From positions 1 through 39,611 of the forward strand of contig CAMCFD010000003.1 of NCBI GenBank assembly GCA_945874115.1: a stretch of 39,611 nucleotides of DNA, written 5' to 3'. Both the position numbers and the translations under genes were made by a program. Below are positions 10,233 through 20,111 of the stretch, piece by piece. This DNA comes from Rickettsia typhi (GTDB taxonomy: Bacteria; Pseudomonadota; Alphaproteobacteria; Rickettsiales; UBA1997). The notes under the pieces were generated by a model. The model worked only from the letters and a program-made list of their open reading frames with translations. It did no database searches and was not told the origin of the DNA. Numbering within the stretch: position 1 is the stretch's first letter; each line of letters opens with the position of its first letter.

Positions 10233-10439
10233 ATGTCTATATCACTAAATATTTTTTTAAATAAAAAAATTGTCGTAAAACAAATTAGAAGCCAATCAAA
10301 ACTTGGTCGCAAGCAAAATGCTTGTCTAATCGGGCTTGGTTTGCGCGGTATTGATTCAACTTCTAATCTTATGGCGTCGCCAGATGTTTTAGGAATGGTT
10401 AGAAAAGTTAGCCATATTATCGAAGTTAAATTGGCGTAA
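10233..10439 (+). CDS. rpmD: 50S ribosomal protein L30
   Basis: KQIRS, GLGLR and GMVRKVSH motifs; lies between rpsE and rplO. Confidence 0.95.
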   Translation: MSISLNIFLNKKIVVKQIRSQSKLGRKQNACLIGLGLRGIDSTSNLMASPDVLGMVRKVSHIIEVKLA

Positions 10440-10505
10440 AATTGACTAATGTCAGTTTTGTTCACTAGTGTTTAGAGGTTTGCTCCTCATTATAAAATAA
10501 AAAAT

Positions 10506-10940
10506 ATGTCTGAAAATTTAAATAAATTGCCGAAAATTAAAACTCAATACAGAACGCGAGTCGGTCGCGGTATTGGTTCTGGCAAAGGTAAAACTTCTGG
10601 TCGTGGTGTGAAAGGTCAAAAAGCCCGCACAGGTCACTCTTCAGTTAGAGGTTTTGAAGGTGGTCAAACTCCAATCCACATGCGCCTTCCTAAAAGAGGT
10701 TTTAAGAATGTATTGCGTAAAGAATATGAAGTTGTCAATATCAAAGATGTTGTGCGCTTGATTGAGTCTAAAAAAATTGATGTTAGTCAAGAATTAAACA
10801 AAGAAAAATTGCAAGAAGTTGGTTTGATTAAAAACGCTAGATCTCAAGTAAAATTAATCATGACAAACAAAGAATTAACTTTACCAAAAGTTAAAATTGT
10901 TGTCGATAAATATTCTGCAAAAGCTAAATCTTTTGCTTAG
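10506..10940 (+). CDS. rplO: 50S ribosomal protein L15
   Basis: [23 protein letters not shown] and GFEGGQTP...RLPKRGF motifs. Confidence 0.98.
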   Translation: MSENLNKLPKIKTQYRTRVGRGIGSGKGKTSGRGVKGQKARTGHSSVRGFEGGQTPIHMRLPKRGFKNVLRKEYEVVNIKDVVRLIESKKIDVSQELNKEKLQEVGLIKNARSQVKLIMTNKELTLPKVKIVVDKYSAKAKSFA

Positions 10941-10980
10941 TTTAAAGGGCGCCATAAAAAGCGCCTTTTAAATTTTAATT
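10941..10980 (+). terminator. Hairpin directly after the rplO stop
   Basis: TTTAAAGGGCGC-N8-GCGCCTTTTAAA (one G-U pair) followed by TTTT. Confidence 0.5.
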
Positions 10981-11057
10981 TGCTTCAAAATTGCGAAACT
11001 TAATTTTAGTCTCGCCGATGTTAAAAAAAGAAATTCAAATCTTCAATAAGAAATAAA

Positions 11058-12335
11058 GTGCCAGAAAAAAATAATTCAGACCTAAAAAAACGAATTTTAT
11101 TTACACTAGCAATTCTTCTTGTCTATCGTTTCGGTACATTTGTTCCAATTCCAGGAATCGACATTGCGGTTCTCAAAAGTTTTTTCTCAAGCGATAAAGC
11201 TAATTTCTTCGGAATGATAAATCTTTTCTCAGGCGGCGCTCTTGAAAGAATGAGTATTTTTGCTCTAAATATCATGCCATACATCACTGCTTCAATCATT
11301 ATGCAATTGATGACATCAATGTATAAAGGCCTTGCTGAGCTTAAAAAAGATGGAGAACATGGCCGCGCAAAAATTAACCAATATACTCGATATTTAACTA
11401 TAGTTTTGGCTTTTTTCCAATCGCTTGGTGTCTATTATGCTTTGTCGAATGCTCAAGGTAACGTCTTTATTTCTGATTCGCAAATTTTTCTTTACACAAC
11501 TTGCGTCAGTTTAGTTGGCGGCACAGTAATGTTGATGTGGTTTGGTGAAAGAATTACGACTTCGGGAATTGGTAACGGAATTTCTCTGATAATTTTCGTT
11601 GGAATTGTTTCTTCGCTTCCGTCAACAATCGCGCAAATCTTTGATTTATCACGCACCGGAGTTTATTCTTGGTTCGCGTTAATTTTATTCCTTGTGGTTT
11701 TGGTCGCGTTTTTTATGTTTATTTGCTTCGTTGAAAAAACCCACAAACGTATCAAAATTCAATATCCAAACGCTTCTCTAATGAGATCATCTGGAATGCA
11801 AGATTCTTCATTTTTGCCTCTAAAAGTCAATGTTTCTGGCGTAATTCCGCCAATTTTTGCAAGCTCGGTTCTTATGTTTCCATCGGCTTTTGTCCAATTT
11901 AGTGGCATCGAGGGCGGCTTCTTGACGGCGGCTTTGGCGCGCGGCGGCTCAATTTATTTAGCGCTTTTCGCGGGATTAATTTTATTCTTCTCTTATTTTT
12001 ATTCATCAATCGTTTTCAACAGCGAAGATGTCTCAAATAACCTCAAAAAAAGCAACTGCTTTATACTTGGCGTAAGGCCTGGTTCTAGCACTGCGGAATA
12101 TCTCAATAAAATCGTTTTGCGACTAACCTTAATTGGTGCAATTTATTTAATCGTAATTTGTATTGTTCCCGAAATTTTGGTCACCAAATATTCAATTCCG
12201 CTTACAATCGGCGGCACAGGAATTCTAATTATGGTTAACGTAGTTCTTGACCTTATAAACCAAATTCAATCACATTTATTTTCGTCAAAATATAGTGGCG
12301 ATAAGCAAAAAAGAAGAAGAGTAAAAATTAGATAA
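11058..12335 (+). CDS. secY: Preprotein translocase subunit SecY
   Basis: Multiple TM segments; SIFALNIMPYITASII, GIGNGISLIIF, GVIPPIFA and GVRPG motifs; GTG start. Confidence 0.98.
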   Translation: MPEKNNSDLKKRILFTLAILLVYRFGTFVPIPGIDIAVLKSFFSSDKANFFGMINLFSGGALERMSIFALNIMPYITASIIMQLMTSMYKGLAELKKDGEHGRAKINQYTRYLTIVLAFFQSLGVYYALSNAQGNVFISDSQIFLYTTCVSLVGGTVMLMWFGERITTSGIGNGISLIIFVGIVSSLPSTIAQIFDLSRTGVYSWFALILFLVVLVAFFMFICFVEKTHKRIKIQYPNASLMRSSGMQDSSFLPLKVNVSGVIPPIFASSVLMFPSAFVQFSGIEGGFLTAALARGGSIYLALFAGLILFFSYFYSSIVFNSEDVSNNLKKSNCFILGVRPGSSTAEYLNKIVLRLTLIGAIYLIVICIVPEILVTKYSIPLTIGGTGILIMVNVVLDLINQIQSHLFSSKYSGDKQKRRRVKIR

Positions 12336-12381
12336 ATTTTATAAAACGAGTTGCCGAAAAGCTTCTCCTAAAATAAACGAA

Positions 12382-13044
12382 ATGAGAAATATTATTTTGC
12401 TCGGACCCCCTGGTTCAGGAAAAGGAACGCAAGCAATTGAAATGTCAAAAGCACTAAAAATTCCAGCACTTTCTACCGGAGACGCTTTGCGCGCCGAAGT
12501 TAAAGCTGAAAGTGAAATTGGTAAATTGGCAAAATCTTATATGGATTCAGGAAAACTGGTTCCGGACGAAGTTGTTCTTGATATCGTAAAAAATCGCGTT
12601 ACCCAAAGTGATTGCCAAAATGGCTTTATTTTGGACGGATTTCCAAGAAATATTTCTCAAGGAAATATGCTTGAAAATGCACTAAATTCGATTGATAAAA
12701 AGATTGATGTTGTCTTAAATTTTGAAATTTCGAACGAAGAAGTTGTAAAAAGAATTTCGGGGCGCTTTTTTTGCAAAAAATGTGGCGCAATTTATAATAA
12801 ATATTTCAAAAAGCCTTTAAAAGAAGGCGTTTGCGATGCTTGTGGCTCTGTCGAATTCATCAACAGAAGCGACGACAAAGAGGAAGTTATTCTTGACAGG
12901 CTTAAAATCTATCATGAAGAAACGGCGAAATTAATTGAATTTTATCAAAAAAAAGACTTGATTTATTCTTTTAATGCTGTAAAATCTAGTGCCCTTCTTT
13001 TAGAAGAATTGCTAGAGGTGATAAAAAAACAGGGTAAATTATAA
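12382..13044 (+). CDS. adk: Adenylate kinase (zinc-LID type)
   Basis: GPPGSGKGTQ, GFILDGFPR, CKKC...CDAC LID and RSDD motifs. Confidence 0.98.
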   Translation: MRNIILLGPPGSGKGTQAIEMSKALKIPALSTGDALRAEVKAESEIGKLAKSYMDSGKLVPDEVVLDIVKNRVTQSDCQNGFILDGFPRNISQGNMLENALNSIDKKIDVVLNFEISNEEVVKRISGRFFCKKCGAIYNKYFKKPLKEGVCDACGSVEFINRSDDKEEVILDRLKIYHEETAKLIEFYQKKDLIYSFNAVKSSALLLEELLEVIKKQGKL

Positions 13045-13063
13045 CAATTAATTATTTAAAAAA

Positions 13064-13444
13064 GTGGCTAGGATTGCAGGTATAAACATTCCAAAAGAGA
13101 AAAGATTTATCATCTCTTTAACTTACATTTATGGTATCGGCAGCACGACTGCTGCGAAAATTTGTGCGAAATTAAAAATCGACACTAAATTGAGAACCAA
13201 TCAAGTTCCTGAAGAAAAATTGTCGCAAGTTCGCGCACTTCTTGAAAAAGAATTTCCAGTTCTTGAAGGTGACTTAAGAAGAAAAGTTTCTTCTGACATC
13301 AAAAGATTGGTTGACCTTGGCTGCTACCGTGGTATTAGACACGTCAAAAAGCTTCCAGTTCGCGGTCAAAGAACGCACACCAATGCTAAAACCCGTAAGG
13401 GAAGAGGCGTTGCGATTGCAAACAAGAAAAAAGCAGTTAAATAA
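13064..13444 (+). CDS. rpsM: 30S ribosomal protein S13
   Basis: ARIAG, IYGIG, YRGIRH and [17 protein letters not shown] motifs; GTG start. Confidence 0.99.
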   Translation: MARIAGINIPKEKRFIISLTYIYGIGSTTAAKICAKLKIDTKLRTNQVPEEKLSQVRALLEKEFPVLEGDLRRKVSSDIKRLVDLGCYRGIRHVKKLPVRGQRTHTNAKTRKGRGVAIANKKKAVK

Positions 13445-13458
13445 TTTTTAAGTAAAAT

Positions 13459-13851
13459 ATGACAAAATATAGCGGTAAAAAAACAGCGACCAAAAAGAAA
13501 AAAACCATTGCCTCTGGCATAGTTCATATCTACGCTAGTTTCAACAACACCATCATCTCAATCACTGATTTGCAAGGTAACGTAATTTGCTGGTCTTCGG
13601 CTGGTAAGCACGGCTTCAAAGGCTCAAGAAAAGCTACTCCTTACGCGGCTCAGGTTGCGACTCAAAGTGTGATCACGGCGGCAAAAAATTTCGGCCTTAC
13701 TACAGTAAGCGTTGAAGTTATCGGACCCGGCGTCGGCAGAGAAGCTTCACTGCGCGCGATTCAAGCGGCTGGAATGAACACTACTATGATCGTTGATAAA
13801 ACTTATCACCCTCATAATGGTTGCAGACCAGCAAAAAGAAGAAGAGTCTAA
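13459..13851 (+). CDS. rpsK: 30S ribosomal protein S11
   Basis: [20 protein letters not shown] and PHNGCRP motifs. Confidence 0.99.
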   Translation: MTKYSGKKTATKKKKTIASGIVHIYASFNNTIISITDLQGNVICWSSAGKHGFKGSRKATPYAAQVATQSVITAAKNFGLTTVSVEVIGPGVGREASLRAIQAAGMNTTMIVDKTYHPHNGCRPAKRRRV

Positions 13852-13914
13852 GATTCTTTGCGGCTTAAAGCCTTGATTTTATTAGCAAGTTCTTAAAATA
13901 AAAAAATAAAAAAT

Positions 13915-14946
13915 ATGACAATTTTAAAAGAAAATTGGCGCGATTTAACAAAACCAACATCAGTTGTTACTAAAGAAGGTAATGATGATGCGAAAAAGTC
14001 AACCATTGTTATGGAAGCTTTCGAAAGAGGTTTTGGAAACACTTTAGGAAACGCTCTAAGAAGAGTTTTGCTTTCTTCACTAACTGGTTTTGCTGTTACT
14101 TCAGTGAAAATCGAAAATGCTTTGCATGAATATGGTGCAATTGACGGCGTGAAAGAAGACGTTATCGACATTATCATGAACATCAAATCTTTGGCAATCA
14201 CTAAAGATAGCGCGTCTCCTTGCGTGTTGAAGCTTTCTGCGAATAAAGCTGGTCCAGTTTATGCTGGTTCAATCGAGCTTCCTGCTGGCGTTGATATCGC
14301 TAACAAAGATTTATTGATTTGCACTTTGTCACAAGGTGGAAAAGTCAATATCCAGATGAATGTTGAGTCGGGTAAAGGTTATATCACTGCTGATCAAAAC
14401 AAAAAGAGCGACCAGTCAATTGGCACGATCGCAATCGATGCTTTATTTTCTCCAGTTAAGAAAGTGGCTTATAAAGTTGAAAATGCTCGTGTTGGCCAAA
14501 TTACTGACTTTGACAAATTGATCATGGAAATTGAAACTAACGGTTCAATTACTCCGCGCGATTCTCTTGGTGTTGCGGCGAAAATTTTGCAAGAACAGCT
14601 TCAAGTTTTTGTTAATTTCGATGTTGCAAAAATCGATGCTCCAGTTATTAAAGAAATCGATGATGAGCCTAGACTTAACAAGAATTTGCTTAAAACAATT
14701 GATGAATTAGAGCTTTCGGTTCGTTCTTACAATTGCTTGAAAAATGAAAACATCATTTATGTTGGCGATTTAGTCACGAAAAGCGAAGCAGAAATGCTTA
14801 AAACAGCGAATTTTGGAAGAAAATCTTTGAATGAATTAAAAGATAATCTTAAAAATATGGGACTTGGTTTTGGCATGAAATTGCCTGACTGGCCTCCAAA
14901 AAACTTGGACGATCTTTTGAAAATAAAGAATAAAGAGTTGGTATAG
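13915..14946 (+). CDS. rpoA: RNA polymerase subunit alpha
   Basis: ERGFGNTLGNALRRVLLSS, IDALFSPV and alpha-CTD LELSVRSYNCLK/NFGRKSLNE; WPP tail typical of alphaproteobacteria. Confidence 0.99.
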   Translation: MTILKENWRDLTKPTSVVTKEGNDDAKKSTIVMEAFERGFGNTLGNALRRVLLSSLTGFAVTSVKIENALHEYGAIDGVKEDVIDIIMNIKSLAITKDSASPCVLKLSANKAGPVYAGSIELPAGVDIANKDLLICTLSQGGKVNIQMNVESGKGYITADQNKKSDQSIGTIAIDALFSPVKKVAYKVENARVGQITDFDKLIMEIETNGSITPRDSLGVAAKILQEQLQVFVNFDVAKIDAPVIKEIDDEPRLNKNLLKTIDELELSVRSYNCLKNENIIYVGDLVTKSEAEMLKTANFGRKSLNELKDNLKNMGLGFGMKLPDWPPKNLDDLLKIKNKELV

Positions 14947-14951
14947 TTTGT

Positions 14952-14978
14952 AAATAAGCTTAAACAAGCTTATTTTTG
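14952..14978 (+). terminator. Hairpin between rpoA and rplQ
   Basis: AAATAAGCTT-AAAC-AAGCTTATTT perfect 10-bp stem ending in a T run. Confidence 0.45.
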
Positions 14979-15012
14979 TAAAAATGGCAGATAGCCAATA
15001 AATTTTAAAAAT

Positions 15013-15399
15013 ATGTTACATAGAATTAAAGGCAGAAAATTAGGCAGAAATACTGCTCACAGAAAAGCTCTATTGCGCAATTTGTCGCTTGCATTTTTGC
15101 AGCACGAATTCATCAAAACTACTTTGCCAAAAGCCAAAGAAATGCGTCCTTTTGTCGAAAAAATCTTGACTTTAGCTAAAAAAGACAGTCTTGCTAACCG
15201 CAGATTGGCAATTTCAATCCTTGGAAATCAAGAAATCGTTGATAGATTATTTAAAAATATCGCACCAAGAATTGCTAATAGAAATGGTGGTTATATCAGA
15301 ATCTTGAAATGCGGTTTTAGAACTGGCGACAAAGCTGATATGGCGATCGTAGAAATGGTTGACAGAGTTGTTGTTGAAGAAGCAGCAAAAGCTGAATAA
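15013..15399 (+). CDS. rplQ: 50S ribosomal protein L17
   Basis: RKLGR...HRKALLRN, IKTTLPKAKE and RNGGYIRI motifs. Confidence 0.99.
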   Translation: MLHRIKGRKLGRNTAHRKALLRNLSLAFLQHEFIKTTLPKAKEMRPFVEKILTLAKKDSLANRRLAISILGNQEIVDRLFKNIAPRIANRNGGYIRILKCGFRTGDKADMAIVEMVDRVVVEEAAKAE

Positions 15400-15510
15400 T
15401 TTTAGGATATTGACGTTTTTTAATGTTGATAAAATCAAAGAAAGTTGTGCTTTAATGTATAAATTTAAGAAATTTATACAAAACTAAACGGTATAGATAA
15501 AAAGAAATAT

Positions 15511-15927
15511 ATGAAAAAATTAATTCAAGAATTCGAAAAACAGCAAGTTGAAAAAATCGCTGCGACAAGAAATGCTTTGCCAAAATTTAAAGTTGGCGAC
15601 AGCGTTATTGTAAAATATAAAATTACTGAGGGCGCAAATACTCGTCTTCAAGCCTTTCAAGGTGTCGTTATAGCAAAAGCTAAAGATTTTAGCAACTATT
15701 CTTCGACTTTCACTGTGCGCAAAATTAGCTCGGGCATTGGTGTTGAAAGAAAATTCGCTCTATATTCACCTTTGGTTTCTTCAATTGAGGTTCTTAAGCA
15801 AGGCGTTGTGCGTCGTGCGAAACTTTATTATTTAAGAAACTTAACAGGAAAAGCTTCGAGAATTAAAGAAAAAATCGCGGTTTTTGGTCAAGAAATTGCT
15901 TCAAAACAAGTTGACGAAAATAAATAG
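15511..15927 (+). CDS. rplS: 50S ribosomal protein L19
   Basis: [30 protein letters not shown] and [10 protein letters not shown] motifs. Confidence 0.98.
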   Translation: MKKLIQEFEKQQVEKIAATRNALPKFKVGDSVIVKYKITEGANTRLQAFQGVVIAKAKDFSNYSSTFTVRKISSGIGVERKFALYSPLVSSIEVLKQGVVRRAKLYYLRNLTGKASRIKEKIAVFGQEIASKQVDENK

Positions 15928-16001
15928 ATTGGCTTCTTGCAAAATATGGAATAAGTTTTATTATCGCCTTAAAACACGATAAATTTACAAAATTCAAACT
16001 T

Positions 16002-16403
16002 ATGTTTTCTAAACTAACCTTCAGAAGGCAGATTTCATTATTGGCATTTTTTGTTTTGACAAATTGTGCCAATAATATCACTCAGTTCGGCAAAATTACC
16101 CCTTACAATTCTACTACGAAAGAAAATAAAGCTTTTGTCTTCACGGTCGAAGAAAGCTATGCGCGCGCTCATCTTAAGTCGAAGCAAGATGAAAAAAATC
16201 CGCTAATGACTAAGGCCGAGGCTGATTTGTTGAAAAAACTTCTTGTGCGTCAAAAATATTGCATTAATCAAAGCAATGAATTGTCTTTTAAAATTACCTC
16301 AAAGCAAGAAAAAATCTACGATGTAACTTTCGCAAGTCTTATTGAGCAGAACTACAACGCCAAGCCTGCCGCGCCGCGAATGTATTATGGAAATTGTATT
16401 TAA
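16002..16403 (+). CDS. Hypothetical lipoprotein
   Basis: Basic N-terminus, hydrophobic stretch and atypical lipobox-like LTNC; two further Cys; TTGCAA-N16-TATTAT at 15937-15964 upstream. Confidence 0.65.
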   Translation: MFSKLTFRRQISLLAFFVLTNCANNITQFGKITPYNSTTKENKAFVFTVEESYARAHLKSKQDEKNPLMTKAEADLLKKLLVRQKYCINQSNELSFKITSKQEKIYDVTFASLIEQNYNAKPAAPRMYYGNCI

Positions 16404-16636
16404 TTTTTTCGCATTCTCGTGGTTTTCCCATTTTTTCTCGCTATAAATAATCTGGTGTTGGTTAGAAATTGCCTTTAATAATGATTTTAATGAGGCAGAA
16501 ATTGGGTTTTTGTTAGATTGCGTGGTTTTTTCCGTTCGTTTCGAAATTTGTTTGTGAGAGTGAAATTTGCGCTTAGGAGGATTTTTAATTTTGTCGCGCA
16601 AAATTTTTCGGTGGGGTTTTGCGATTTAAATAAATT

Positions 16637-16669
16637 AGATTCTCGTGTTCGCGAAAATGACAAGAAGTG
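16637..16669. repeat. Degenerate REP-like palindrome, copy 1 (GATTCCCGC...GCGGGAATGAC type)
   Basis: 28/33 identical to 20249-20281 by manual alignment; followed by degenerate ~20-nt AATGACA-containing units up to about 16710. Confidence 0.7.
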
Positions 16670-16838
16670 CCCGCAATGACAGAAAAGATTGTGAAAAAGA
16701 CAAAGAATTAGCGCGACCTTAGAATATAAGCAAGATTGTTAAATCAAAAAACTAGAAAGGGTATAGTTATAAACCGTATTTTTTGTGGGTTTTCATGTTA
16801 TTTGAGAGTTTGATTGGTGATTGCCATTCCTCGAAAGA

Positions 16839-16887
16839 GAGAATTAATAAAATTAGTTGATTTTTGCAAGTAATTTTATTAATTCTC
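16839..16887 (-). terminator. Long AT-rich hairpin 12 nt downstream of the recQ stop
   Basis: GAGAATTAATAAAATTA (16839-16855) and TAATTTTATTAATTCTC (16871-16887) form a perfect 17-bp inverted repeat. Confidence 0.55.
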
Positions 16888-16898
16888 ACACCCCTAAA

Positions 16899-18701
16899 TT
16901 AGCCAATTTCGCTTAAGAAATCTTTGCCATAGCGCTTAAATTTGGCTTCTCCGACGCCGGTTATTTTTAGCATTTCTTCGATATTTCTCGGTCGCAATTT
17001 TGCCATTTCAAGCAATGTTTTGTCGTGAAAAATAATATATGGTGGCAGGTTTTGAGCCTTGGCAATTTTGAGTCTTTTGGCTTTTAGTTTTTGGAATAAA
17101 TTATTTTCATCATCGGATTCAAGAGCAATAATAGAGCCAGTTTTGGCGGATTTTGTTTTTTCTTTCTTCTCGATTTTCTTCGTTATTTTTCGCAAATTTA
17201 TGCGGCTTTTTTCACGCAAGAATTTCTGTCCGTCACTCGTTAAGTGAAGTGCGCCAAAGCCTTCGATGTCGGCTTTCAGAAAATTCATGGCGGTTAATTG
17301 TCTGAAAATCGATTGCCATTCTTGTTTCGAAAAATCTTTCCCGATGCCGTAAACACTGAGTTTGTCGTGGTTGAAGTCTTTGATTTTTTGGTTATTTGCG
17401 CCAAGTAAAATGTCGATTAAATGTCCGGCGCCAAATCTTTGTTCGCTGCGATAGGCCGCTGACAGGGCTTTCTGAGCGGCTATTGTGCCGTCGAAAATTT
17501 CGGGTGGATTTAGACAAACATCGCAATTTTTGCAAGGCTCGCAATTATCGCCGAAATATTGCAATAGGATTTGGCGCCTACAGCTTGAAGATTCGCAAAG
17601 ACCGACTAGCGCGCTTAATTTCTGCATTTCTATGCGCTTTTGGTTTTGGTTGGCGTTTCCGTCTTCGATGAAACTGCGCTGCATTGCGACATCGCCTGAG
17701 CTGTAAGACATCCAAGCGTTGGCGGCAAGGCCGTCGCGTCCGGCGCGCCCAGTTTCTTGATAGTAAGCCTCGATGTTTTTAGGTACGTTTAAATGCGCGA
17801 CAAATCTGACGTCGGGCTTGTTAATTCCCATTCCAAAGGCAATTGTTGCGACCATAATTACGCCATCATTTAGCAAAAATGTTTCGAGGTTTTTTTGGCG
17901 CGTTTTATTGTCCATTCCGGCGTGATAGGGCAAGACATCAAAGCCTTCTTCTTTAAGCCAAATCGCGATGTCTTCAACTTTTTTTCGCGAAATGCAATAA
18001 ACAATTCCGCTATCTTTTTTGTGATTTTGATTAATAAATTCAAGTAATCGCGCTTTAGAATTTACGCCATCGTAAATTGTATAATTTATGTTGGGGCGAT
18101 CGAAACTGGCGATGAAAATTTTGCTGTCTTGTAAATTTAATTTTTCGATAATGTCTTTGCGCGTTGGAATGTCGGCGGTTGCAGTCAAGGCAAGGCGTGG
18201 CACATCAGGGAATTGTGTCGCAAGCATGGCAAGTTCGGTGTAAACAGGGCGAAAATCGTGGCCCCATTGCGACACGCAGTGCGCTTCGTCGATTGCAAAA
18301 AGTGCGATTTTTATGTCGGATAAAAAGCACATAAAATCAACAGAGAGTAATCTCTCTGGTGCGACATAAAGTAATTTTAATTCACCATTTTTGATCGCGA
18401 TTTTTGTCTCGAAATTTTCTTTCGCCGACATTGACGAATTGATCGCTGACGCCTTGATTCCAAGTTCTTTGAGGGCGCTGACTTGGTCTTGCATTAGCGC
18501 GATTAGCGGCGAAACTACGATGGTAATTCCGTCTAAATAAAGTGCGGGAATTTGATAGCAAATAGATTTTCCGCCACCAGTTGGCATCAACACCAGAGCG
18601 CTTTTTCCGGCAATTACTGTGTTGACAATTTCTTCTTGATCGCCGCGAAATTTGTTATATCCAAAAACGGTTTTAAGAATTGTTAAAGGTGTGCTTTTCA
18701 T
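16899..18701 (-). CDS. recQ: ATP-dependent DNA helicase RecQ
   Basis: MPTGGGKSICYQ, DEAHCVSQWGHDFRP, YYQETGRAGRDG, Zn motif CRR..C..CD.C and C-terminal HRDC (PPYIIFHDKTL). Confidence 0.98.
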   Translation of the reverse strand: MKSTPLTILKTVFGYNKFRGDQEEIVNTVIAGKSALVLMPTGGGKSICYQIPALYLDGITIVVSPLIALMQDQVSALKELGIKASAINSSMSAKENFETKIAIKNGELKLLYVAPERLLSVDFMCFLSDIKIALFAIDEAHCVSQWGHDFRPVYTELAMLATQFPDVPRLALTATADIPTRKDIIEKLNLQDSKIFIASFDRPNINYTIYDGVNSKARLLEFINQNHKKDSGIVYCISRKKVEDIAIWLKEEGFDVLPYHAGMDNKTRQKNLETFLLNDGVIMVATIAFGMGINKPDVRFVAHLNVPKNIEAYYQETGRAGRDGLAANAWMSYSSGDVAMQRSFIEDGNANQNQKRIEMQKLSALVGLCESSSCRRQILLQYFGDNCEPCKNCDVCLNPPEIFDGTIAAQKALSAAYRSEQRFGAGHLIDILLGANNQKIKDFNHDKLSVYGIGKDFSKQEWQSIFRQLTAMNFLKADIEGFGALHLTSDGQKFLREKSRINLRKITKKIEKKEKTKSAKTGSIIALESDDENNLFQKLKAKRLKIAKAQNLPPYIIFHDKTLLEMAKLRPRNIEEMLKITGVGEAKFKRYGKDFLSEIG

Positions 18702-18809
18702 TTAATTTTTTGGTAATCTTTTTTCTAAATCAGAAATTATATCGATCGAAGTTTTAATTTCTTTTTCGCGCATTTTTTTTAAAACTCTTATTTCGTCACT
18801 TAATATCAT
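18702..18809 (-). CDS. Possible 35-aa small protein or gene remnant whose stop abuts the recQ ATG
   Basis: Manual translation MILSDEIRVLKKMREKEIKTSIDIISDLEKRLPKN*; TAA immediately followed by the recQ ATG; below the ORF-track size cut-off. Confidence 0.3.
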   Translation of the reverse strand: MILSDEIRVLKKMREKEIKTSIDIISDLEKRLPKN

Positions 18810-18852
18810 TTTGTTTTTTATCTATCGCGTAAGTTGGCTTTTTGGATAATTT

Positions 18853-20040
18853 TTATTTTAAAAGTGTCGCGATTTTATTAGCTAAAATTTGCGCCAATTC
18901 TACTTTTTTTATTTCTCCCAAATCTTCTTCAAGATCATGGCCAATCAACATTGCTCGGCTTTTATTGCTGCCAAAAATTTTACCATTTTCAACGTCGTTG
19001 GCGACAATTAAATCGCAATTTTTGCGCTTTAATTTTGCGCGCGCATTTTGTAATAAATTTTCGCTTTCAGCAGCAAAGCCGACGACTAGAGCGGGGCGGT
19101 CTTGAGAGTTTGCGACATATTCTAAAATGTCGATATTTTTTATTAAATCAAGCGTTAAATTCTCGTTATTTTCTTTTTTGATTTTTGTTGTTGTCGGGTT
19201 TTTTATTTTATAATCAGCGACGGCCGCACAGCCAATAAAAACATCGCTTTGAGACAATTTTTCTTTGACGACTTTAAACATTTCATCGGCGGTTGTGACA
19301 GTGTGAAATTTTTCGCCATTTGCGTGTGTCGGTAAATTTATGTTGGCGGCGACAAATTCAACATCGGCGCCCATTTCTTTTAAAACATCGGCGATGTGAA
19401 TTGCTTGTTTTCCACTAGAAGAATTTCCGATAAATCTAACAGAGTCAATCATTTCGCGGGTTCCACCACCAGTTAATAAAATCTTTTTACCTTTTAGTTT
19501 TTCACAATTCTCAAAAAAAATCTCAATTTTTTTGGCGATTTCTTGTGGTTCTTGCATTTTTCCAACCCCAACTTCTCCACATGCAAGTTCGTCTTTGTTT
19601 GGTTCAACCATGATAACGCCGCGCTCATATAGCTTTTCGATATTGTCGAGATTTGCTTGATTAAGCCACATTTTTTCATTCATCGCAGGCGCCACCATAA
19701 TTTTTTTGTTCGACGCCGCAACAACAGTTGAGGCGAGGTCGTTCGCATAACCGCCAGAAATTTTTGCGATAAAATCTGCTGACGCGGGCGCAACGACAAT
19801 TAAATCGTGATCGCGTGAAAGCTTGATGTGAGTCATTCCATTATCGCCATCGTCAAATAATTCGGTATAAATTTTATTTTTCGCAATTGACGAAACCAAC
19901 AGCGGCGTGACAAATTCTTGCGCGGCTTTAGTTAAAATCACAGAAACCTCGTAAGATTTTTTTTGTAAAATTCTGATTAACTCAACAGATTTGTAAGCGG
20001 CGATGCTTCCCGTGATTATCAATAAAATTTTTTTTGGCAT
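18853..20040 (-). CDS. coaBC: Bifunctional phosphopantothenoylcysteine decarboxylase/synthetase
   Basis: TGSIAAYK, APAMN..MW, LACGEVGVGKM, D.VRFI.N.SSGK, AAVADY, VGFAAE and IVAND motifs. Confidence 0.97.
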   Translation of the reverse strand: MPKKILLIITGSIAAYKSVELIRILQKKSYEVSVILTKAAQEFVTPLLVSSIAKNKIYTELFDDGDNGMTHIKLSRDHDLIVVAPASADFIAKISGGYANDLASTVVAASNKKIMVAPAMNEKMWLNQANLDNIEKLYERGVIMVEPNKDELACGEVGVGKMQEPQEIAKKIEIFFENCEKLKGKKILLTGGGTREMIDSVRFIGNSSSGKQAIHIADVLKEMGADVEFVAANINLPTHANGEKFHTVTTADEMFKVVKEKLSQSDVFIGCAAVADYKIKNPTTTKIKKENNENLTLDLIKNIDILEYVANSQDRPALVVGFAAESENLLQNARAKLKRKNCDLIVANDVENGKIFGSNKSRAMLIGHDLEEDLGEIKKVELAQILANKIATLLK

Positions 20041-20111
20041 TTTTTATAAATTATAATAATGGCCGCGATTAATATATTGGCGGACATAAAGAGCTAAAAA
20101 TTTGTTCTTTA

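Noticed and set aside
12336-13914. Absence of rpsD, rpmJ, infA and map from the spc/alpha cluster
   Set aside because: The order secY-adk-rpsM-rpsK-rpoA-rplQ is normal for alphaproteobacteria.
16299-16601. 100-aa minus-strand ORF
   Set aside because: Overlaps the lipoprotein gene antisense, has a TTG start, and its K/N/Q/S-rich composition reflects T-rich intergenic DNA.
16637-16710. Short periodic repeats as a possible CRISPR remnant
   Set aside because: Units are degenerate and about 20 nt with no unique spacers, and no cas genes are present; better explained as REP-like decay.
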